A stretch of 46,563 nucleotides of DNA from NCBI GenBank assembly GCA_047611865.1, contig JBLFWS010000005.1:1-46563 (forward strand). Reading direction: 5' to 3'. The stretch comes from Chlamydiales bacterium. Lineage in GTDB: Bacteria; Chlamydiota; Chlamydiia; Chlamydiales; JBDQID01. Both the position numbers and the translations under genes were made by a program. The notes under the pieces are model-generated. The model had not been told where the DNA came from, did not search any database, and worked only from the letters and a program-made list of their open reading frames with translations. Shown one piece after another: positions 1 to 8,199 of the stretch (its first letter is position 1; every line of letters begins with the position of its first letter).

Positions 1-54
1 GATAATATTAAGGTTATATACCCATAGTTTAACAGATTTTTAAAATAAGTTTAA

Positions 55-127
55 GTGTTACCCATGTGAGTGAATAGTGTTACCTATGTGAGTGAGCTTT
101 TTGTAACCTATGTGGGTGTATTGTACC
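55..127. mobile_element. Probable terminal region of an IS481-family-like insertion sequence (element body outside the window)
   Basis: Three direct repeats TGT(T/A)ACC(C/T)ATGTG(A/G)GTG at 56-72, 78-94 and 102-118, spaced 22-24 bp, resembling reiterated transposase-binding sites of IS481-type ends. Frame 1 ends DNIKVIYP* at 27. Confidence 0.55.
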
Positions 128-128
128 A

Positions 129-214
129 GGCCACGGTAGTGGTCTTCCCTCTTGATAGCCCCGTGCTTTAGCTCGGGGATAGGAAAAAAAGATTCTGTGC
201 CACGGTAGTGGCAC
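129..214. repeat. REP-like palindrome cluster
   Basis: GCCACGGTAGTGG occurs twice (130-142, 199-211; the second within the hairpin GTGCCAC-GGTA-GTGGCAC). The copies flank the hairpin CCCCGTGC-TTTA-GCTCGGGG (159-178). Confidence 0.6.
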
Positions 215-393
215 CTCTCCAATATAAGCAAAGAACAAAACGTTTATCAATTTTGATACCCTGCATTTTTAGAAGATCGGGCGTGACTCAGTTACATAAG
301 CACAAATTCCTTCGCTTCTCTTAACTCATCCGAGATTTTGGTCAGACAGCCTATAGGCTTAGGAAAAAGTGTTACCTTGAATGGAACCATGCC

Positions 394-475
394 CATTTTT
401 CTATCTCTCTGTGGCCTCGGTGCTCTCGGTGGTTAAATAAATGATTGTAAACGTATTAAATTATGCAACAACGCC
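394..475 (-). mobile_element. Partial copy (one end) of the 210-bp IS903-type MITE
   Basis: Near-identical to 19470-19551 and ends in TTATGCAACAACGCC. The other end is absent. Confidence 0.9.
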
Positions 476-572
476 CTTTTAAATTGTACTCGGCTCGCCT
501 ACTTATCTAAGTGTGGAGAGCCTCATACAATTCGAAATCACAAAAAAATGCCCTCAAAATCAGCATTCCCTA

Positions 573-588
573 ATTTTAATACACGACC
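573..588. repeat. Solo terminal inverted repeat of a second small element family
   Basis: ATTTTAATACACGACC is the exact reverse complement of GGTCGTGTATTAAAAT at 1930-1945. Confidence 0.65.
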
Positions 589-684
589 TAGGGCATTAGA
601 AGAGATTAGGGAAAAAAAACTTGCAAATCATTAGAAAATCGAAATACTGCAGGAAGTATTGACCTCAATAAATCAGTTTGAAAA

Positions 685-1947
685 ATGAAATTTTTTGATA
701 AGACTGTCGCATTTATTCCAGTTCGTCTTACGTCCTCTAGATTACAAGCTAAACATTTTAAGCTTATTGGAGGACGATATCTTTTATCTTGGGTAATTCA
801 AGCTATCCGTAGTGCTAAGGAAGTGGATGAGATTGTTATTTGTACTTTGGACACCCCTGAGAATCATGAAATTAGTCTAATTGCTCATCAAGAAAAAGTA
901 GATGTTTTCTTTTATAATGGGGAAGAAGAAGACGTGGTAGGAAGGATGACCGCAGCAGCTCGTCTTTTTTCTGCAGAGATTTGTGTTTTGGCTAGTGGAG
1001 ATGTTCCGCTGATGCCTTCTGACTCTATCGATCGTTTGGTGACTCTTTTAAAGGAAAATCCTAAAGCAGGCAGAGCGGATTTTTCTCCATGTGAAGGCAA
1101 AGAGTTGTTGCATGAAGCCTTTGTAGTTGCTCGTAGGAAGCTATGGGAAAAGGCTGATGAATTATCGGATACACCTGAATTGAGAGAGCATCAATTTCCC
1201 ATTTTGTATTCCAATCCTGAAAAATTCCCAGATTTTCCGCTTATTCGTATGCAGGACGATCCACTTTACTATACTTTGTTACCTCGTATGAGTATAGATA
1301 CACTTCTTGATCTTAAATTTGCAAATAGGATTTATAGTCTATTGAAAGAGAGTGGATTAACTTATACATATCATAATGCTGTTCACTTTCTTAATAGGCA
1401 TCCAGAGGCGCTGGAAATTAATAGACATGTGAAGCAACGTGAGGTGAAGGAAAAAATATTGAATGTAGTTTTTGTTGTGGAAAGAGCTGAAGATAAGATC
1501 TGTATTGAAGAGTTATCGGAGATACACCAAGCTTTTATTTGCTATTTTGGCGCAAAGACAGTTTTTGTTTCTAGAAATGAAAAAATTTGTGAGAGACTAA
1601 GCCAGCATGGTTTTTCCTCTAGGAAAATTGACAGTGACTACAATGAGCTTTTGGATCTAAAGAAAGACTTTCCCTTTCAGATTCTTGTTATGGACGTAGA
1701 TTCGATTTCACAATCGAACACAAATTTACTTATGGAAATTAAAAAAAACATCGGGGTAACGACTCTTTTGAGCCGATCGAGTGCTGCGGAGTTCGAAGAA
1801 TATGTCGATTATGTCATTTCTCCTGTCGAAGAAGTGATTAGAGATATCGGGATCAAGGCTGAAAGAAGTGGAATTTATCTTAGAGGTAGGGCTTCGATTA
1901 AAAAAAACATTCCCCTTTCTACTTTGCTTGGTCGTGTATTAAAATAG
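685..1947 (+). CDS. SpsF/PseF-like (CMP-nonulosonate) cytidylyltransferase with a C-terminal PseG-N-like extension
   Basis: N-terminal AFIPVRLTSSRLQAK nucleotidyltransferase motif, GEEEDVVGR, SGDVPL, REH and RMSIDTLLDL motifs typical of SpsF. Confidence 0.8.
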   Translation: MKFFDKTVAFIPVRLTSSRLQAKHFKLIGGRYLLSWVIQAIRSAKEVDEIVICTLDTPENHEISLIAHQEKVDVFFYNGEEEDVVGRMTAAARLFSAEICVLASGDVPLMPSDSIDRLVTLLKENPKAGRADFSPCEGKELLHEAFVVARRKLWEKADELSDTPELREHQFPILYSNPEKFPDFPLIRMQDDPLYYTLLPRMSIDTLLDLKFANRIYSLLKESGLTYTYHNAVHFLNRHPEALEINRHVKQREVKEKILNVVFVVERAEDKICIEELSEIHQAFICYFGAKTVFVSRNEKICERLSQHGFSSRKIDSDYNELLDLKKDFPFQILVMDVDSISQSNTNLLMEIKKNIGVTTLLSRSSAAEFEEYVDYVISPVEEVIRDIGIKAERSGIYLRGRASIKKNIPLSTLLGRVLK

Positions 1948-2239
1948 CTGAGGATTGTTTTTGGATCTTTTCGCTCTATTTTGGAATCGGTCATAACTCT
2001 TCTAATTTCAATAGGCGTTGTTGCATAACTTAATACGTTTACAATCATTTATTTAACCACCGGGAGCACCGAGAACACAGAGAGATAGAAAAATGCATAA
2101 AGTCTCTCAGAATATGCTATCAACTGATCTGTGATTTTTTATTTTCTCTGTGCCCTCTGTGATGTCGGTGGTAGAATGTTAATCATAAGCTTCTTGTAGA
2201 CGCATGTTTTATGCAACAACGCCATTTCAATACATGACC
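1930..2239. mobile_element. Small (~90 bp) TIR-bounded element interrupted by the 210-bp MITE
   Basis: Left end GGTCGTGTATTAAAAT (1930-1945). Right end ATTTCAATACATGACC (2224-2239) is a 14/16 inverted match. Confidence 0.6.
2014..2223 (+). mobile_element. 210-bp MITE with IS5-family IS903-group-type ends
   Basis: Perfect 15-bp TIRs GGCGTTGTTGCATAA and a 9-bp TSD ATTTCAATA (2005-2013 and 2224-2232). No transposase ORF. Confidence 0.93.
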
Positions 2240-2256
2240 AAGACGGTCTTTAGAAA

Positions 2257-3006
2257 TTAGGGATAAAAAAATTGTTCAGAGGGATCGGAAGCAAGAGTCG
2301 ACTGCTTTCCTTTTATGATGTAATTTTTTGTTTCTTCAAATCCCAGGTTTGCAATTACGTCCACAATAGATAAATGACTGATAAATTCCCCTGAATGGTA
2401 TTGCTGGTATGGCTCGGGCTCAAAGCTTTGGTATATAAGCTTGATGGAGGAGTTCTCAAAAGCACCATCTTCATCGATGTATTTTTTTGCTCCCCTGGGG
2501 CTAATATAGGTATTGCAACTTAGCTGTGAACAGATTTGTAGGAGTTTCTCTGATCTGGGTCCACCGATATTTAGTTCAGAGGCTCTCACAAATTCAGCTG
2601 AAAGTCCCAGTCGCTTAGAAACGGCTTCGATAATGAGAATATTTTGATCTGCCAGATTTGTTACTGGGAGTGAGAAGGCTTGTTTTATTAAGTCGAGGAT
2701 TTCCTTTCCGTGGGGTTTTTTTCTGTAACTATGTTCGAGGCTAGCGAGGTGTTTCCGCTTCCAGTTGGTTTTATTATGAAGCTCTACATCCATAATTTTT
2801 TGGCATAGCTTTAAGCGTCTTGTGGGAACAGTAAGCCAGCACTGTTTGCCATGTAGGAGGATGCTGTTTCTTACCTGCCAGGATTGTTTAGATAACTGAA
2901 CATTGTCAAGAAATACGAAAACATCTGAGCGGGATATCAGATTAAAAAATCCAGCCCAGGGTATGTAAGTCGGTTGCATGATGGCACAGGTCATAGACGT
3001 ACACAC
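2257..3006 (-). CDS. WbqC-like family protein
   Basis: AIMQPTYIPWAGFF, FVFLDNVQ, WQVRN, WLTVP and terminal LSIVD motifs. Confidence 0.9.
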   Translation of the reverse strand: MCTSMTCAIMQPTYIPWAGFFNLISRSDVFVFLDNVQLSKQSWQVRNSILLHGKQCWLTVPTRRLKLCQKIMDVELHNKTNWKRKHLASLEHSYRKKPHGKEILDLIKQAFSLPVTNLADQNILIIEAVSKRLGLSAEFVRASELNIGGPRSEKLLQICSQLSCNTYISPRGAKKYIDEDGAFENSSIKLIYQSFEPEPYQQYHSGEFISHLSIVDVIANLGFEETKNYIIKGKQSTLASDPSEQFFYP

Positions 3007-3151
3007 GGCTCCATATTTGAGTATCTACTACATACATAAAGGAATAGTGATTTTTTTGACGATATAATCCTGATCTATAGGTTTTTTTTACTTATTTAAG
3101 CTTGTGAACAGCGACCGATCTCCCTTTAACACCGTGGTTTTATCTTGTAGT

Positions 3152-3250
3152 GATATCGGGGAAAAATTCAAAAATCGCTTTTCCCCCGATCTTTTTCCGT
3201 CTCTTGAAACGCATAAATCCCAACGGCTTGGCCTTTTGCATATTGAGATT
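3152..3250. repeat. Two tandem intergenic stem-loops
   Basis: ATCGGGGAAAA/TTTTCCCCCGAT and GAAACGCATAAATCCCAA/TTGAGATTTATGTGTTTC (16/18 match). Confidence 0.6.
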
Positions 3251-3291
3251 TATGTGTTTCCACAGCGCAAAAAAATCGTAGGCTCTAAATT

Positions 3292-4302
3292 TTAATTCTT
3301 GAACGTGTTTAGAATATGGAGATTGATATGTTCCGCCAGTATTTCGCTAGAGTTTGTAGAGAATTCACTGGAGGATTGAACAGAGAACTCTTTGATAAAC
3401 TGTCTATTTTCAAACTTTTTAAGTTGTTGACTGATTTTTACTGGAGTAAAATTTTCTGCAAGTCCGAGGTCCAGAGTAAGCTTTTTGGAAGCGAGAACAA
3501 GGGTATCTTTTCGTTGATCTTTAGTTTGGGAGAGAGTGGCATTGGGGATGCCGCAATAAGCGGATTCATATTTAAGCATTCCTCCACCGGTAATAAGGAG
3601 GTCTGCTTTTTCTAGAAAACGTTCAATATGCTGGGTTAAGGGGAGAACATTTACAAGGGATGGATTTGGAAAATGTTTTTTTTGTGGCGGAGCTTGATTG
3701 CTAAGGAGAGTGACTTGGGCATCTTGAAATACCTCAGAGGCTGTTTGCGCAAGGGTGTGTCCGACGTTGTAGAGGTCAGACCCTCCAAGGCATACTAGAA
3801 TATTTTGAATAGCTTGAACTTTTTTGCATAGTTTTTGTTTGCGGATGAGTTGAAGTTCTGGGGTCACAGGGAAGAACTTGGCCCCTTTAAGTTCATTGCT
3901 TGAGTGGTAATTAAATAGCCTTTCAGCACCAACGCGGAAATTGATTATTGTTCCGGCCTTAGAAAAATCGAGCTTGCCGAAATCATCAAAGTAGATGGTG
4001 GTAAAGGGACATTGGTTCATGTAGTCGATAAATTTTTGATCGATTCTGTAACAGTCTATGATTACGGCATCGGCTTTTGGGCTTTGATTTACAAGTAGAG
4101 TAGCATCTGTAGTATCGAGAGGGATGATAGAAAAGCTATTCTGTTGAAGTTTCTCAGTAGGCATAGAAGAAAAATTACCGACAAAGAAAATTTGGTGTTT
4201 AGGGTTAAAGTTTCGTAATGCTTTGCAAAGATAAAAACATCGGAAGAAGTGGCCTAGCCCTACAGTGTCGTTTCCGTTACAGTGGACGTAAATTTTTGCC
4301 AT
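3292..4302 (-). CDS. PseG/SpsG-like UDP-sugar hydrolase (GT-B fold)
   Basis: GLGHFFRC, IIDCY, FDD, LVCLGGSD and ADLLITGGGMLKYE motifs. Confidence 0.85.
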   Translation of the reverse strand: MAKIYVHCNGNDTVGLGHFFRCFYLCKALRNFNPKHQIFFVGNFSSMPTEKLQQNSFSIIPLDTTDATLLVNQSPKADAVIIDCYRIDQKFIDYMNQCPFTTIYFDDFGKLDFSKAGTIINFRVGAERLFNYHSSNELKGAKFFPVTPELQLIRKQKLCKKVQAIQNILVCLGGSDLYNVGHTLAQTASEVFQDAQVTLLSNQAPPQKKHFPNPSLVNVLPLTQHIERFLEKADLLITGGGMLKYESAYCGIPNATLSQTKDQRKDTLVLASKKLTLDLGLAENFTPVKISQQLKKFENRQFIKEFSVQSSSEFSTNSSEILAEHINLHILNTFKN

Positions 4303-4314
4303 CGAGCCTCTGTT

Positions 4315-5694
4315 TTATTGTTCGGGATACGGGACTATATAGCGTTCTTTGGGAGCAGGTCGATTGTGCCAGAACTCTATGAGTTGCTCAGAGGGGTAAT
4401 AGAACTCTTGGTCGAGTTCAAAAAGATGATCTGGATCTGGAAGATATCCAGAAATTGAGGCGAAGAGATGCCTTTCTCTTTCGAAAAGGGCAGAGCGTAC
4501 TGCATGGATGCTGTGGGGGCCATTCAAGCCCTTCAGCGGAGCAAAGCAGTGCTCTCTAGGATATACAACAGCATTGACATTCTGTGCTGAGGAGAGGACA
4601 TCAAAGATAAAAGTTTCGAATTTCCAGGCATTTGGCTCAATTGCGAGTTTACTGGCGCCATTTTCATCTAGGTATTTAACGGCTTTGTGAGCGAGGTGAA
4701 GGGGAACGGCAGAAGTATTTTGCTGAGCAATCTTGTGTATGAATTCCATGTTGAAGCAGAACAGGCTGAGATTTGCGCACAGGTGTTTGAAATTTCCCTC
4801 TTCGTCGGTAGCATGGAGCTCGGATTCAGGGATTTCGGAGTATTCGATAACATGGGTTTTGTTATTTTGATTGATGACGATTCCGACTTTTTCGTCAGGT
4901 TTTTGCCGATCGGTACACTTGATAGTGGCATCACTATTACTGTCATGGTGGTGACCAAGAAGCTCGGCGTCAAAAGGATCAGCGAGGGGGTTGTCTATTT
5001 GGAGGAAATTCAGGTGCCTGATTCCTTTATTCCACCATTGCTCCCAGATACCAGAATGGTAAAATTCGTGTAGGGCTCTGCCATTGCCATTGGGACCTTC
5101 AGAGAATTTCCAGGGACTTTCTAAAAAGAGATTTCCTTGGGAGTCGAGTAAGGGAAGAGTTTGTTGTTGGAAAAAGCTTATTTGTGTTGGAGCGAGATTA
5201 AAAAACTGGTTTTCTTCAAAGAATTGATAGGTTTCATCGTGGTTTAGCGGAGAGGTCATGATGGTTAGCGGCAATTCTTGTTTGTATCGCTTGCTTGCGG
5301 CTTTGGTCTTTTCGGAGAAAAGTTGAAACAGGCTTTTCTTTTTTATCACGGAGGTGGGGTATTTTCCTTTAGGGCCGTCTAGTTGCAGGCGAGATCCTTG
5401 CCCTCCAGCGACGATGAGGCAGCCCATTGCTCCTTTGGAAAGGAGGCTTTCACCGAGTTCTCTTTTTTCAAGGTGTCCTTCGCATGTGAATTGGTGAAAT
5501 GGATCTAGCTTGGGGGGAAGGGGTTTGGGCTGTAAAAGGAAGGTTTGTTGCTGAAGAAAGATCGTTGGATCCAGGCTTTCTATTTGTTGAGATAGTATAG
5601 CTTGTTGATTTTTGGATAAAGAATCCCAATGTTTGAGGATATGATTTTGCTTGAGGGAGCGAATTTTTTGAAACGTCTTTTCCTGTACACTCAT
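4315..5694 (-). CDS. UDP-N-acetylglucosamine pyrophosphorylase (eukaryote-type UDPGP family, chlamydial)
   Basis: AGGQGSRL..DGPKG, PNGNG, QIDNPL, EYSE, KFETFIFD and FAPLK motifs. Confidence 0.92.
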   Translation of the reverse strand: MSVQEKTFQKIRSLKQNHILKHWDSLSKNQQAILSQQIESLDPTIFLQQQTFLLQPKPLPPKLDPFHQFTCEGHLEKRELGESLLSKGAMGCLIVAGGQGSRLQLDGPKGKYPTSVIKKKSLFQLFSEKTKAASKRYKQELPLTIMTSPLNHDETYQFFEENQFFNLAPTQISFFQQQTLPLLDSQGNLFLESPWKFSEGPNGNGRALHEFYHSGIWEQWWNKGIRHLNFLQIDNPLADPFDAELLGHHHDSNSDATIKCTDRQKPDEKVGIVINQNNKTHVIEYSEIPESELHATDEEGNFKHLCANLSLFCFNMEFIHKIAQQNTSAVPLHLAHKAVKYLDENGASKLAIEPNAWKFETFIFDVLSSAQNVNAVVYPREHCFAPLKGLNGPHSIHAVRSALFERERHLFASISGYLPDPDHLFELDQEFYYPSEQLIEFWHNRPAPKERYIVPYPEQ

Positions 5695-5788
5695 ATTTTG
5701 TCTGACTTCTATATTAAGGGATTAAATCTTTAAAGTTATTAAAATAATATGCGTTATAAAAGACTATAGGTTAAATGTATAGAATTAC

Positions 5789-6424
5789 TCAGGCCTCCGT
5801 AACAGCGTCTTTTTCTTTCAACTTATCGAAGAGATCAGGGTTAGCATCCCTTCTTTTGTTATTCAGATATGAAGACATGACCTGTCGATAGAAGGAACTG
5901 ATCCGGATGTCTTCAGATTTGGCCCAGATGTCCATAACGGCGCTGGCTTCTTTTTGCTTCATTTTTGCCAGTATGGCTCCCACTCTGCTAGCGCGAAATT
6001 CTTCCAGATGTTTGGCGACGGTAGAGGGTTTTTTTCCCGAAAAGAGAGAGGCTTGTAATTTCACATCATCTTGAAACTGGGTTTTGGAAATTTCTTTGAT
6101 GATATCAATGTCTTTTTCTACTTTTTTGGCATATCCTTGTACTTGTTTCAGCATTTCTTGGTATGAACGAAGCTGAGCCATCATACTGAGATTGAGTCGC
6201 ATCTCAGCTCGGATATCTGCGGAGACTTGATTTGCAAGCTTGTTGAGTTCGTCGATAGGGTTTCTTTCAGGAATTTTTTTTCTTTCCTCTTCTTTTTTCA
6301 CGGAAATATGGATAAATTCTTCTCCGTCTTCAGCGGGCTTTATCATATTACCGTAGAACATGAAGCCACCGACAATCATTAGAATGAGAAGGGTGGTTAC
6401 TATACCAATAGTTTTAGGACTCAT
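5789..6424 (-). CDS. MotE/FlbB/YlxF-like flagellar protein (N-terminal TM, coiled coil, MgtE_N-like C-terminus)
   Basis: Located directly after fliJ. TM helix, then coiled coil, then GAILAKMKQKEASAVM motif. Confidence 0.65.
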   Translation of the reverse strand: MSPKTIGIVTTLLILMIVGGFMFYGNMIKPAEDGEEFIHISVKKEEERKKIPERNPIDELNKLANQVSADIRAEMRLNLSMMAQLRSYQEMLKQVQGYAKKVEKDIDIIKEISKTQFQDDVKLQASLFSGKKPSTVAKHLEEFRASRVGAILAKMKQKEASAVMDIWAKSEDIRISSFYRQVMSSYLNNKRRDANPDLFDKLKEKDAVTEA

Positions 6425-6878
6425 CGGATAACCTTTCTTTTATTCTTATGTACCTTAATGTAGCCAGCTCATCGAGGAGTTTGGCTTCTATATTTTGGTA
6501 GTGATCTTTCCAAGTTGTGTGTTGCTTGTCTTTTATTTTTTCGATGACCTTTTTCTTTTGCATGGCTTTTGTCACAGCCTCGCGCTTTACTTCGACAGCA
6601 TTTTGAGCTTGGAGAACATCATCTTGTTGTTTTGCTATCTTTTCCCTAAGAAACTGAAAATACAGAAAATGGTCCTTGTATTCGTGTATGGAGTGAGGAG
6701 AGGATTGCTTGTCTCGAAGGTCTTGTTCTAGGTGGTCACATTCATGTTTAAGTTCTTCGAGTATTTCAACAATTTTTTGTAGCTTTTGACGAGCTAACAT
6801 AACCTCTCTCTGAGCAGCGTCTTCTTGCTGCTTTCGTACTAATAGTAAGGTTTTCATGTTAAAGTTAAATTTTTTCAT
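6414..6878 (-). CDS. fliJ: Flagellar export protein FliJ
   Basis: MKKFNFNMKTLLLVRKQQE start and EAKLLDE end; 154-aa coiled coil following fliI. Confidence 0.88.
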   Translation of the reverse strand: MKKFNFNMKTLLLVRKQQEDAAQREVMLARQKLQKIVEILEELKHECDHLEQDLRDKQSSPHSIHEYKDHFLYFQFLREKIAKQQDDVLQAQNAVEVKREAVTKAMQKKKVIEKIKDKQHTTWKDHYQNIEAKLLDELATLRYIRIKERLSDES

Positions 6879-8179
6879 TTAACTATTTCTTTTAACAGAT
6901 TCATCGTTTGTTCAAAAGTGAAAGATTCTGTGTATTTTTGCTTTTGGAAATTTGTTATGCTCTCGATTAAAGAGACTGCTTTGTCGATTTTCGGATTAGA
7001 TCCTGCAACATATGCTCCGATATTTATAAGGTCCTCGGCTTCTTTGTACACTTGTAGATAATCTCGGAAGTTCCCGGCCTGTTCGTAATGTTCGGGTGTA
7101 GTGATGTCAGACATAACTCTTGAAAGACTGCTTAAGATGTCAATGGCAGGGAAAATGTTAGCGGATGCGAGTTTTCGGGAAAGAATGACGTGTCCATCGA
7201 GGATTGATCTTACTGTATCAGCGACAGGGTCGTTCATGTCATCACCTTCTACCAGAATAGTATAGAGGCCAGTGATTGTGCCTTTTTCGGATGTCCCTGC
7301 TCTTTCAAGTAGCTTTGGAAGCTGTGCAAATACGGAAGGGGTATAACCTCTAGTGGTTGGGGGTTCTCCAATCGCTAATCCAATTTCTCGCAAGGCCATA
7401 GCATAACGGGTGATGGAGTCCATCATAAAAATTACAGATTTGCCTTTATCTCTGAAATATTCTGCTATGGCTGTAGCGACATTTGCTCCCTTTGATCGTA
7501 GTAAAGCGGCTTTATCAGAGGTGACGACTACGACAACAGATTTTGCAAGGCCTTCTGGTCCCAGGTTTTTATCTATGAATTCTCGAACTTCGCGGCCTCG
7601 TTCTCCAACGAGGGCTATGACATTGATGTCAGCTGAGCTCATCTTTGCAATCATACCGAGGAGCATGGATTTTCCTACTCCAGATCCAGAAAATATACCA
7701 AGTCGCTGTCCTTTTCCTAGTGTGCACATGGAATCGACGGTCTTGATTCCTGTGCATAATGTTTCGGTGATCCTTTTTCGTGTTAGAGCACTGGGAGGGG
7801 GGGCGATTACAGGGTAATAGGTATCTGGAAGTATAGGGCCTTTGCCATCGATAGGATTTCCTAGAGCATCAAGTATTCTACCGCACATGGCTTCGCTGAC
7901 GGCGACCTTATGAACTTTATTTGTTGGGTAAACTTCAGAACCTGGAGCTATTTGGGACATTTCTCCGAGGGACATTAAAAGAACTTTATTGTCTTTGAAG
8001 CCTACGACTTCGCAAGGGACCATGTCTCTGACTTTGTTGTAGATGTAACAGAGTTCACCTAGAAAGACTGCTGGGCCAATAGATTCTATTAGCAATCCGA
8101 TGATATGAGTGACGCGGCCACTGATTTTAGGACTCGACCACTTATGGACTTTTTCGATCTCCTTTTCAAAGCCGATCAT
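6875..8179 (-). CDS. fliI: Flagellar export ATPase FliI
   Basis: Walker A SGSGVGKS, GERGRE, Walker B MMDSITR, VEGDDMNDP; operon context. Confidence 0.95.
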   Translation of the reverse strand: MIGFEKEIEKVHKWSSPKISGRVTHIIGLLIESIGPAVFLGELCYIYNKVRDMVPCEVVGFKDNKVLLMSLGEMSQIAPGSEVYPTNKVHKVAVSEAMCGRILDALGNPIDGKGPILPDTYYPVIAPPPSALTRKRITETLCTGIKTVDSMCTLGKGQRLGIFSGSGVGKSMLLGMIAKMSSADINVIALVGERGREVREFIDKNLGPEGLAKSVVVVVTSDKAALLRSKGANVATAIAEYFRDKGKSVIFMMDSITRYAMALREIGLAIGEPPTTRGYTPSVFAQLPKLLERAGTSEKGTITGLYTILVEGDDMNDPVADTVRSILDGHVILSRKLASANIFPAIDILSSLSRVMSDITTPEHYEQAGNFRDYLQVYKEAEDLINIGAYVAGSNPKIDKAVSLIESITNFQKQKYTESFTFEQTMNLLKEIVK

Positions 8180-8199
8180 GATCGGAACTCCTGTGTGAA

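Noticed and set aside
55..127. CRISPR array or plasmid iterons
   Set aside because: Spacers are only 5-7 bp, no cas or rep gene is present, and the pattern fits an IS end better.
573..1945. Composite transposon carrying the cytidylyltransferase gene
   Set aside because: The 1930 repeat pairs rightward with 2224-2239, so the gene lies between two separate elements; no TSD was found.
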